A stretch of 64,000 bases of DNA from the NCBI GenBank assembly GCA_965237955.1, contig OZ250169.1, forward strand, positions 800,001 to 864,000, in the 5' to 3' direction. This DNA is from Candidatus Marinacidobacterales bacterium (GTDB taxonomy: Bacteria > Acidobacteriota > Vicinamibacteria > Marinacidobacterales > SMYC01). The translations under genes were made by a program, and so were the position numbers. Shown one piece after another: positions 38,474-49,992 of this stretch. Under the pieces are notes generated by a model. It was not told the DNA's origin. It saw only the letters and a list, made by a program, of their open reading frames with translations, and searched no databases. Positions within the stretch are counted from its first letter, which is position 1. Every line of letters begins with the position of its first letter.

Positions 38474-39567
38474 TGGTGGCGGCCGAGGAGCTGGCGGGAC
38501 GAATTGGACAGACGGCGGAAGCCTGCGAGGCCCTTGGAATAGCTCGCTCCACGTTGTATCGCAGGCGCCAGACGGTAACGTCCAATGCGAAACGCCGCCC
38601 TCGGTCGCACCGAGCCCTCGATGTGACCGAACGTGAGCTGGTTCTCGGTGCCTTGCACTCCGAGCGGTTCGTCGACAAGGCGCCCGCTCAGGTGTGGGCC
38701 ACGCTCCTGGACGAGGGAATCTACTACTGCTCGATCCGCACGATGTATCGGATTCTGGCGGAGAACGGAGAGGTCCGAGAGCGCCGGAACCAGCTGCGAC
38801 ATCCGAATTATCAAAAGCCGGAGCTGCTGGCCGAAGCGCCGAACCAGGTTTGGTCGTGGGATATCACCAAGCTGCGTGGCCCCGTCAAGTGGACCTACTA
38901 CTACCTCTACGTGATTCTGGACATCTTCTCCCGTTACGTGACCGGGTGGATGTTGGCTCGACGAGAAAGCGCTGAGCTCGCTCGTCGTCTCATCAGCGAG
39001 AGCTGCCGCAAACAGAACATCGAACCAGACCAGCTCACCATCCACGCCGACCGTGGCAGCTCGATGCGAAGCAAGTCCGTAGCTATGCTCCTGGCTGACC
39101 TCGGCGTTACCAAGACCCACTCCAGACCTTACGTCTCGAACGATAACCCCTACTCCGAGTCCCAGTTCAAGACTCTGAAGTATTGCCCTCAGTTTCCGAG
39201 CCGTTTTGGTTCCATCGAAGACGGCCGGCTGTTCTGCGGCGGCTTCCTCGACTACTACAATCACGAACGCCGGCACGCGGGAATCGGCCTCATGACACCG
39301 GCCGCCGTTCACGATGGTCTCGCGGAACAGCTCACCACTGCCCGGCGCCAAATCCTCCTCGAAGCTCATCGGGCTCATCCCGAACGCTTCGTTCGCGGAA
39401 TGCCACAGCCCCCCGTTTTGCCTCCTCAGGCCTGGATCAACCCGCCGCCGGAGAAAACGACGCGCCAGGAGGCCGCCGGAGCCACTTTCTCGAGGTGGTC
39501 CACACCTGGGGTACCCCCGGATTCAGGCCAACGCGACCAGATCTCGCCTGTCCTTCATCATTATTGA
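38470..39567 (+). CDS. IS3-family transposase OrfB (3' end overrun by the next IS)
   Basis: PNQVWSWDIT, IHADRGS, NDNPYSESQFKTLK. Confidence 0.88.
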   Translation: MMVAAEELAGRIGQTAEACEALGIARSTLYRRRQTVTSNAKRRPRSHRALDVTERELVLGALHSERFVDKAPAQVWATLLDEGIYYCSIRTMYRILAENGEVRERRNQLRHPNYQKPELLAEAPNQVWSWDITKLRGPVKWTYYYLYVILDIFSRYVTGWMLARRESAELARRLISESCRKQNIEPDQLTIHADRGSSMRSKSVAMLLADLGVTKTHSRPYVSNDNPYSESQFKTLKYCPQFPSRFGSIEDGRLFCGGFLDYYNHERRHAGIGLMTPAAVHDGLAEQLTTARRQILLEAHRAHPERFVRGMPQPPVLPPQAWINPPPEKTTRQEAAGATFSRWSTPGVPPDSGQRDQISPVLHHY

Positions 39568-40894
39568 TCCAGCGGGAATGGTACCGCTGGTGGCCCTACG
39601 ACGAACGAAGAAACCCGGGTCGGCGCGCGCGGGCACTTGCCGAGATCACGCGATCAATGGGCCGCGGAGCTGGACAACGCAATCGCGAGGGACCCCAGCA
39701 ATCGACGCGCCGCGACTAAACTGGCTCAGGCGGCGTCGCGCCATTCGTAGCGGTGGTGGAGCCCACCCACTCGCGGCAACGCGACGACTTTTGCGGTCGG
39801 TGATGGTCGGGGCGTGACGGGTCTTGAGTTCGGGGTGTCTTTGTCGAGACCCAAGTGGCAACGGTCCTCGTGGTAGTAGCTGATGTACAAGCGCATGAGC
39901 CGGACGAGATGCCGCTCACTGAGGACAACTACATGCTCTAACATCTCGCGGCGGCAGTTTCCGGTCCAGCGTTCGGCGGTACCGTTTTGCCAAGGGCTGC
40001 GATAAGAAATGCGAACAGGCTTTGTGCCCATGGCCCTGATGAACTCCACCACTGCAGGGCTGAAAATCGCGTCGCGGTCAAAGACCAAGTATCGTGGTGC
40101 CGTGTCGTATGGGAACGCCTCGCGCAGTTGTTGAATCACCCACGCTGACGTGGGGTTGTACGTCGCGTTGAAGTGCAAGATATGGCGACGGCCGTGCTCG
40201 ATGACGAAGAAGCCGTACAGCAGCCGTAGCGACGCCGTCGGTACGGCGAACAGATCCATCGCGGCGATGTCGTCCTTGTGGTTCCGCAAGAACGCAATCC
40301 ATCGCTTCACTTCGTCGGGTTCGGCTCGGCGGCGCGGCATGTATCGCGACACCGTCATCTCGCTGACAACGAATCCGAGCTTCGTCAGCTCAGCGTGGAT
40401 ACGAGGTGCACCCCAGCCGTCTTGGGCCATCGTGCGGACGAGACGACGAATCTCGGCATCAATCCGAGGTCGACCTGGATAGCGCGGACGGGAGATCCGA
40501 GCCCAGTATCGGCGGAACCGATCTCGATTCCACCGGGCGACCGTGTCGGCGTTCACGATAACGAGCCGGCTCGCCCACGCTGGCCACGAGCTTCGGAGCG
40601 CAACCCAGAATGCTCGGTCCGTGTCCTCGAGCGGTGGCCGGGGGCGCTCCTTCTTCAACGCCGTAACTTGCTGCCGCAGGGCCAGGTTTTCAATCACGAG
40701 GTCGGCTCGGCACCGACACATCGCCCGGATCGCACGGGCGCCGAGTGAGACGAGGAAGATGAGGACACGGAGCATGGCGGCAGAGTTTGCCGTCTCAAGA
40801 CCGGGATCTCAAGCGGGAGATGCGCTCGTTGGCCGAGGCGTGAACGGTGCGTAAGTCCTTGATTTCAGGAGCGGACGGATATTGATGATGCACA
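39549..40894 (-). mobile_element. 1346-bp rve-integrase IS, copy 2
   Basis: Near-identical to 2910-4255. Confidence 0.85.
39726..40775 (-). CDS. rve integrase-core transposase
   Basis: Differs from 3087-4136 by a few residues. Confidence 0.9.
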   Translation of the reverse strand: MLRVLIFLVSLGARAIRAMCRCRADLVIENLALRQQVTALKKERPRPPLEDTDRAFWVALRSSWPAWASRLVIVNADTVARWNRDRFRRYWARISRPRYPGRPRIDAEIRRLVRTMAQDGWGAPRIHAELTKLGFVVSEMTVSRYMPRRRAEPDEVKRWIAFLRNHKDDIAAMDLFAVPTASLRLLYGFFVIEHGRRHILHFNATYNPTSAWVIQQLREAFPYDTAPRYLVFDRDAIFSPAVVEFIRAMGTKPVRISYRSPWQNGTAERWTGNCRREMLEHVVVLSERHLVRLMRLYISYYHEDRCHLGLDKDTPNSRPVTPRPSPTAKVVALPRVGGLHHRYEWRDAA

Positions 40895-41041
40895 AGTGAA
40901 TATGGACAACCCTAAACGGGCACGAAGCGGGAAAGCGCGGAAACAGCCAAGGGAGTGCGCCTACGTTCGGTCCCCTGATCTGCGAAATGCGCTGGAGCGG
41001 ATACGGCAGGTAGCCTGCCGGGATAAGGGAGCACGGTTCAC

Positions 41042-41253
41042 AAGAAAGTGAACTGGATACTCGACGCGGACATCCGTGGATTCTTCGATGCCATCGACCA
41101 CGGATGGCTGATGAAAGTCGTCGAGCATCGAACACTGCACCCGTATCCCGAACAGCGACTGCGCGTCATGACCTGAGGTAGGAGCCCAGTGCGTTAGCAG
41201 CGCTCGCTGGGATCTGTGCGGGGGGGCGCCCGTAAGGGCGGTCCCTACCGCGA
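41042..41253 (+). mobile_element. Internally deleted group II intron (RT remnant plus domains V/VI)
   Basis: WILDADIRGFFDAIDH joined to LHPYPEQRL*; GAGCCCAGTGCG..CGCTCGCTGGGATCTG domain V; GGGCGCCCGTAAGGGCGGTCCCTACCGCGA domain VI. Confidence 0.8.
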
Positions 41254-41302
41254 AAGATCTAAACCGCGCAATCGATGCTGGATCGACTTTTTGCGGAGCA
41301 CA

Positions 41303-41372
41303 ACTCCCACAGGAAACGGGGAGAAACCGATAGGCCGCGCCTACGGAGCACCGCGCCAGCCCTCGACCCTAC
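41303..41372 (+). repeat. Probable group II intron 3' end (long domain VI type); second copy at 53198-53269
   Basis: ..GATAGGCCGCGCCTACGGAGCACCGCGCCAGCCCTCGACCCTAC duplicated; resembles recalled intron termini. Confidence 0.55.
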
Positions 41373-41380
41373 CGGGAACG

Positions 41381-41413
41381 AAAAAAGCCCGGGCCGCCTG
41401 AGCGACCCGGGCT
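41381..41413 (-). terminator. Rho-independent terminator of groEL
   Basis: AGCCCGGG..CCCGGGCT hairpin plus T6 on the minus strand. Confidence 0.85.
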
Positions 41414-41430
41414 CTCGGAAAGTATGTAGC

Positions 41431-43089
<1,659 letters not shown>

Positions 43090-43105
43090 TTAAAATACCT
43101 CCAAG

Positions 43106-43396
43106 CTATTCCACGATGCCGAGTACGTCGTCCTCTTTAAGGATGAGGTACTCAGTTCCGTCCAGTTTCACTTCCGAGCCCGAGTACTTGCCGATGAGCA
43201 CTCTGTCGTCCACCTTCACCTCGAGCGCAACCTTCTTTCCGTCCTTCAAGGTCCGACCCGATCCGATAGCTATGACTTCGGCCGTCATCGGCTTTTCCTT
43301 CGCGGTGTCGGGGATGATGATGGACCCGACGTTCTTCTCGTCCCTCTCCTCGATCCGCTTTACGACAATGTTGTCCTTTATCGGTTTGATCTTCAT
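43106..43396 (-). CDS. groES: Co-chaperonin GroES
   Basis: IIIPDTAKEKP, KYSGSEVK. Confidence 0.97.
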   Translation of the reverse strand: MKIKPIKDNIVVKRIEERDEKNVGSIIIPDTAKEKPMTAEVIAIGSGRTLKDGKKVALEVKVDDRVLIGKYSGSEVKLDGTEYLILKEDDVLGIVE

Positions 43397-43457
43397 CTCT
43401 CGATTACTCCTCCTTGTTTTTCAGGACCTGTCGGCGGGGTCGAGCTCCCGACGGCGG

Positions 43458-43906
43458 TCAACTACTGATGGGAATCTGACGGCTTTTCTCGCTCGCCTTC
43501 TTCGGTATGGTCACCGTCAGCAGAATGCCCTTCTTAAAATCGGCCTTTACTCTGTCCGTTTCGATGCTCGTCGGGAGCTCGAACGTACGATGGAACGGGC
43601 CGTAGGAACGTTCCATCGTACGAACCGTTTCTCGTTGATGGCTTCGTTGACCGGGCGCTTGCCTTACAGCGTCACTCGATCGTCGTCGATGTGAAGCTCG
43701 ATGTCGTCTTGATCTACTTCGGCGAGCTCGGCCTTGAGAACGAGGCTCTTTTCGGCTTCGTAGAGATCCACGGCGGGGGACCATGCCCCTGTGGTCGAGA
43801 ACTCCCCCTCGGAGCGCGTGCGCGACAGCGTCTGATCGATTAGCCGGTTCATCCGTTCTTGGAGAGCAAGAAGCTCACGCACGGGGTCCCAATGGGCGAG
43901 TGGCAT
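43458..43906 (-). pseudogene. Hsp20/alpha-crystallin small heat-shock protein, disrupted
   Basis: WSPAVDLYE..; in-frame TAA at 43664-43666 and a frameshift before ERSYGPFHRTFELP. Confidence 0.88.
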
Positions 43907-43930
43907 GTGTAATTCATCAACCTCGACATA

Positions 43931-43957
43931 TTAGCACTCTACACACCCGAGCGCTAA
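43931..43957. promoter_or_regulatory. CIRCE element (HrcA operator)
   Basis: TTAGCACTC-N9-GAGCGCTAA, one mismatch to consensus, upstream of hsp20-groES-groEL. Confidence 0.9.
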
Positions 43958-44082
43958 TCGTACGAGATAGTAGTTATTTGGTACTTTCGAGTGAACGAAC
44001 GATTTCGGTCACTCCCCGATGACCTCCGCCCACGCGGGCGGTGCCATTGCTGTCAAGTTTTCCGCGGCCTGACGGCCACCGT

Positions 44083-44205
44083 GTCCTGTGCCAAAGCTCG
44101 GCCCAGCCGGTATCGACGAAAGAACTGCGCCTCTCAAAATCAGGCGAAACTCCAGCACACGAACAGGTTACGCGGCGGCTACCAACACTTGACTGCGGAA
44201 GCACC
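44083..44205. mobile_element. ~123-bp mini-element joining two different end motifs
   Basis: GTCCTGTGCCAAA..GACTGCGGAAGCACC; second copy at 52010-52131; both are followed by TTCGAGCG. Confidence 0.65.
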
Positions 44206-44394
44206 TTCGAGCGGCCTTCACGAGCTTCTCCAGGATGCCATCGCTGTCCTCGTATTGGAGGGTCAGGCGATGCCGCTCTACGTCTTCACCCGTCTTGGGA
44301 TCCGAATAGGCGTCGGAGAGTTGCGCCTCAAGGACGCGGGTGGGCTTATCACCGGCTTCGCTCAGGGCGTCACGAGCCGCACACAGCACAACGT

Positions 44395-45734
44395 CGTAGT
44401 GTGCCAAAACTCGATCAACGCCGGATGCTGAGTGTTGGCAGGTCGTTGAAGCGTCCAGGAGCAAGCCCGCCGGACTCAATGGGCGGCTAGAATCCGGACC
44501 CATGCAACCGTACCTATGGCAGTTCTTCGTCATGGCCTTCGCCGGATGGGTCAACCGGTTCCAACAGGACGCGATCGAATACCTGAAAGAAGAGAATCGC
44601 GTTCTTCGGGAACAACTGGGTGGACGCCGACTACGTTTTACCGATGCGCAGCGGCGGCGGCTCGCGGCGAAGGCGAGGACGTTGGGTAGGGATGGCCGGA
44701 AGGAAATCGCGGATCTCGTGACGCCCGATACCTTGTTGCGCTGGTACAAAAAACTGATCGCGAAAAAGTACGACGGGAGCCAGCGCCGCGGGCCAGGACG
44801 GCCTCGTGTGCTGGAAACGATACGCGCACTCGTGGTCAGGATGGCGACCGAGAATTCAACCTGGGGCTATACGAGAATTTGCGGCGCTCTTCGAAATCTC
44901 GGCCATGACGTCGGCCGCAACACCGTAAAGCGCATTCTCGCGGAGCATGGGATCGAGCCCGCGAATGAACGAAGTAAACGAATGCCCTGGAGTACGTTCC
45001 TGAAGGCTCACTGGGGAGCCATAGCTGCGACGGATTTCTTCACCGTTGAAGTGCTGACGTCTCGCGGGCTTGTTCGATACTTCGTGCTCTTCGTGATCGA
45101 CCTCAAGACGCGCCGAGTGGAGATCGCGGGCATCTGTCACCAGCCCTACGACGATTGGATGAGGCAAGTGGCCAGAAACCTGACCGACGCCATTGACGGT
45201 TTTCTTCGAGACGCGCGGTTTCTCATTCACGACCGCGACCCGCTCTTTTCAGCATCATTCTGCGCCACACTCGGTGCTGTCGGCGTGGAGACGGTGAAGC
45301 TGCCGGCGAGGAGTCCGAAATTGAACGCCTACGCCGAACGCTTTGTGCGGTCCATCAAAAGCGAGTGCCTTAGTCGGATGATTCCCTTGGGAGAGAATCA
45401 TCTCCGCGTGAGTATCCGCGCTTTCGTCGCCCATTATCATCTGGAGAGGAATCATCAAGGTCTCGATAACGAGCTCATCTGCTCGGCGCAGGATTCGCTG
45501 GGGTCCGACGGTCGCATCCGATGTCGGGAGCGCCTCGGCGGAACGCTCCGATATTACTATCGAGACGCGGCGTGAGCGGACTTTAACGCCAATATAGTTT
45601 CCCAAGCAGTTTGCCGACGGCTGGCACCCTATCAGAGTTCGCCTCGTTTCCCGACAGCCGTCTCCGCATTCTCAACGCCGAGAATGGCCTTCTAATAATG
45701 ATGGAGTCGCTCGATCGGGTTGTGGCACACAACG
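44395..45734 (+). mobile_element. Complete rve-integrase IS with 22-bp imperfect inverted repeats
   Basis: CGTAGTGTGCCAAAACTCGATC / GATCGGGTTGTGGCACACAACG (19/22 match). Confidence 0.8.
44502..45575 (+). CDS. rve integrase-core (DDE) transposase
   Basis: [33 protein letters not shown]. Confidence 0.9.
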   Translation: MQPYLWQFFVMAFAGWVNRFQQDAIEYLKEENRVLREQLGGRRLRFTDAQRRRLAAKARTLGRDGRKEIADLVTPDTLLRWYKKLIAKKYDGSQRRGPGRPRVLETIRALVVRMATENSTWGYTRICGALRNLGHDVGRNTVKRILAEHGIEPANERSKRMPWSTFLKAHWGAIAATDFFTVEVLTSRGLVRYFVLFVIDLKTRRVEIAGICHQPYDDWMRQVARNLTDAIDGFLRDARFLIHDRDPLFSASFCATLGAVGVETVKLPARSPKLNAYAERFVRSIKSECLSRMIPLGENHLRVSIRAFVAHYHLERNHQGLDNELICSAQDSLGSDGRIRCRERLGGTLRYYYRDAA

Positions 45735-45969
45735 CCCGTGGAGCAAAGGGGCCCTGCTGCACACAAGGGTACTTTCGAGTGAACGAACGATTTCGGTCAC
45801 TCCCCGATGACCTCCGCCCACGCGGGCGGTGCCATTGCTGTCAAGAAGCGAGACCAGGAAGATTTGTGGCGAGACAAATGTGCTCATCGCAAGCATCGTA
45901 GCGGAAGTCACTTACGGCTGCGGAAGATGACCGGCTGAGTTTTTGCACCATAGGAGCGGCACAGCGGCA

Positions 45970-46170
45970 TCCAGTGCTCACGCACGAAATGGAGTTCGGA
46001 TGAGATGGGGACGTTTGCCTTCCTCGAAATGACACTCGGTCGCATCCCGTACGGCCGGACGCTGTTCCTCCCACAGTGTCTGCCTCGGTGAAGATCGGAA
46101 CCGACAAGGCTTGCGCTTCGTAGCCGCCTTCTGGCGATTCCTGAACGGAGAAAATGATTTCCTCAGCCAT
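45970..46170 (-). pseudogene. HicB-like small antitoxin, frameshifted
   Basis: EIIFSVQESPEGGYEAQAL..IFTEADT, then loss of frame. Confidence 0.6.
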
Positions 46171-46363
46171 TTCGTCCCCCGCAGCCGATTCTACTGTGTC
46201 TAGTATCTACCCCGATCTGGCCTACCGCGCCGGCGACGAAGTCCGCGCTCAAGCCGACCGGAACGTCATTGCCGTCGTGAATGTACGCTGTGCCGTCTTT
46301 CCGCGAATATCGAAGTCCAATACTGCGGAGGTATCAGACCGATGCCGCACCTGCTTAGCCGTT

Positions 46364-46972
46364 CTAAGGAGATTTGGATAGGTGCTCTTCGTAGTAAGCG
46401 AGAGCGCTCCTAAATCCCTGAAGGAGGACTTCTTCCTTCTCCTGAAACAGGGCCTCAGGACTGAGGAACACTCTTTCCGTCGCATCATAGAGGAGGTCTT
46501 CAATCTTTCCTAACGCAAGCTTGTTCTCAAGCGTGCGTTTCACGACGTCGTTGATGAGTAGTTCGGATCGAGTACTTGGACGGACATGAAATACGGCGTT
46601 TCTGACCTTCCTCATACTGTCGAGGAGGCCGCTGCCCCTGACTGCATCGAGCTCTTCGTCAAGTTCGTCATAGCGCAATGCGGGGTTGACTTCAACGAGC
46701 GTCTTGTAGAAGCAAACTGCCGTATACAGAAGAGCTACGTGGGTGCAGATCGCCGCCTTCGAGCAATACATCGACAGTTGACGGAGATCCTTCTCAGTCA
46801 ACTGTTCAGGGATTGTCGCCTTTAGTTCTTCCTCAATCGCTGCCAGCTGGCCGCCAGCTCTGCCGCCTTCGAAAATGATCGATATCGAGCGCAGGTATGC
46901 CAGCGCCAACCTCAAGGCCTGAAAGGAGTTCAGTGAGCGCAATACGATTCCGGACCTATCTGACTTGGTCAC
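46364..46972 (-). CDS. Helical protein with HEPN-like R-x4-H motif
   Basis: MRKVRNAVFH; overlaps the upstream gene. Confidence 0.6.
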   Translation of the reverse strand: MTKSDRSGIVLRSLNSFQALRLALAYLRSISIIFEGGRAGGQLAAIEEELKATIPEQLTEKDLRQLSMYCSKAAICTHVALLYTAVCFYKTLVEVNPALRYDELDEELDAVRGSGLLDSMRKVRNAVFHVRPSTRSELLINDVVKRTLENKLALGKIEDLLYDATERVFLSPEALFQEKEEVLLQGFRSALAYYEEHLSKSP

Positions 46973-47576
46973 CCAATTGCCCCAAAAACTTAGCCGCCAG
47001 CTTCACTAGGCGATTCACCATTTCTTGTGGATAGGCGTTACCCGGTGCACCACCAGCCGAGAAGAGCATCTCCATCGCGCTATCGGGTTGTCTAGAACCT
47101 CCCGGATGTAGCACCCAATCCCTCAAATTCCTTGTGGCCTCAAGACCGGCACTATTCTCCTCGATGTAGCGGTCCAGGTCGGCAAACACGAGATCGGGGT
47201 GCTGGTTCCTCAAGTATCGATACCTGTCGAGGAAAGCCCACGCGACACAGAAAAACAGTTGCATCGGGCCCCAAGCATACAGGTCAAGCTCTCGGTTCGC
47301 GTCCCAGAGCATACGAGCTTTGGGGTCTATCGACGCCTCTTGACGTACGGACTGCCTAACAGCGTGCAACATATCCTCCTGAGACGTCTTCTTGGCACGT
47401 TGGTCTTGAATCGCGTCGATATACTTTCTCATGCGAAGATTCGAGACTATGGCAAGGCCGCGCAGTAACTCGTAGTGCGACAGCATTGCTGCCTGTTCTC
47501 TTTTGAGTTGCTTCATTCGCTGTCTATCGGTGAGCGGCACCATCAAACGAGTAGCGTAGTAGGGCCGTTGGGGCAC
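46956..47576 (-). CDS. Helical protein with HEPN-like motif, distant paralog of the downstream gene
   Basis: TRNLRDWVLH; shared Y..L....P.L....LD pattern. Confidence 0.55.
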   Translation of the reverse strand: MPQRPYYATRLMVPLTDRQRMKQLKREQAAMLSHYELLRGLAIVSNLRMRKYIDAIQDQRAKKTSQEDMLHAVRQSVRQEASIDPKARMLWDANRELDLYAWGPMQLFFCVAWAFLDRYRYLRNQHPDLVFADLDRYIEENSAGLEATRNLRDWVLHPGGSRQPDSAMEMLFSAGGAPGNAYPQEMVNRLVKLAAKFLGQLGDQVR

Positions 47577-48009
47577 GTCAAGGCAAGGCGAAGGCCGACG
47601 GTGTGCTTTCTATTTATTCATCCGCGCACACCGAACTTTAGTCTCCGGGCTTGTGCTCTGCAAAAAGTCTATCCATCGTTGATTGCGCGTTTGAGACCTG
47701 CTGTAGTCGGCTGCTTCTGGCCGATCTTCTTTTTTGCGGATCACAGCTGGCCCCGATGGCCTCCGTTGCCACACCCGCTACGCTTCTGCGCTTGATGGCC
47801 CGGTCATCGCAGGGGCGTTCTTGACTCCTGGCTCGTGGAAAGGTCCGGATGGCTTCGGTCGCCCCCACTCGAGCCTGCCGACTGCGATAGCCGGAAAGGT
47901 ATTCGCGTCTACGAAACGTCCGCCAGTGAGGCGTAAGACCGTTCGCGACAATGAGTAACGGTCGGGGAGCCGCCGCCGGAGAGTTTACGACACGGCGGTC
48001 CCTGGGAAG

Positions 48010-49331
<1,322 letters not shown>

Positions 49332-49554
49332 ACGAAGGGCTGCGCCGCCGGGGCGATTTGACAGTCTGGTTTGACGAAGAGGCAATCGCGAACTGGAAGG
49401 CCGACAAGAGCGGTAAGCCTGGCGGTCAACGGGTCTATTCAGAGATGGCGATTGAAACGGGCCTGGTTGTCCGGATGGTGTACAAGCTTGCCTACCGCCA
49501 AACCGAAGGCTTCTTGCACTCGATCGCCTCGCTTCTCCGGCTGTGTATCGAGAT
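49332..49554 (+). pseudogene. Fragment of a different IS903-like transposase
   Basis: GLRRRGDLTVWF..YSEMAIET..RQTEGF; cut at an end motif. Confidence 0.8.
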
Positions 49555-49992
49555 CCCGTCCTGTGCCAAAACTCGGCCTTTTTGAAATAGCCCATAAATC
49601 AGCAGCTTAGTGTCTGTGTTTGCGACCGGGCCAAGGGCACCATCGCCAATATTCTGCGAGAACATGGCATCGAGCCCGCGCCGGAGCGAAGTGAGCGAAC
49701 GCCATGGCGCACGTTTCTCGCCGCCCATTGGGAAACCGTTGCTGCGACCGACTTCTTCACCGTCGAGGTCGCCACAGTTCGCAGGCTCGTGACCTACTAT
49801 GTGCTCGTCGTAGAGACGAGAGCGCGAACAAACGACGAAATCATACCAGCATGGTCCCAGCAGACCGGAGACTAATCAAGTTCCGGTGCGCACGGATGAA
49901 TAAATAGAAGGTACAACTCCTAAGGAGACGGAAGCGTGCGGGCCGAAGGCCACAACCCGGACCACCGCATTGATGAGCTAGAGAGACGAGCT

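Noticed and set aside
37885-39378. 497-aa minus-strand ORF, and similar long antisense ORFs over groEL, the Kef gene and BREX genes
   Set aside because: Shadow ORFs of GC-rich genes that have clear motifs on the other strand
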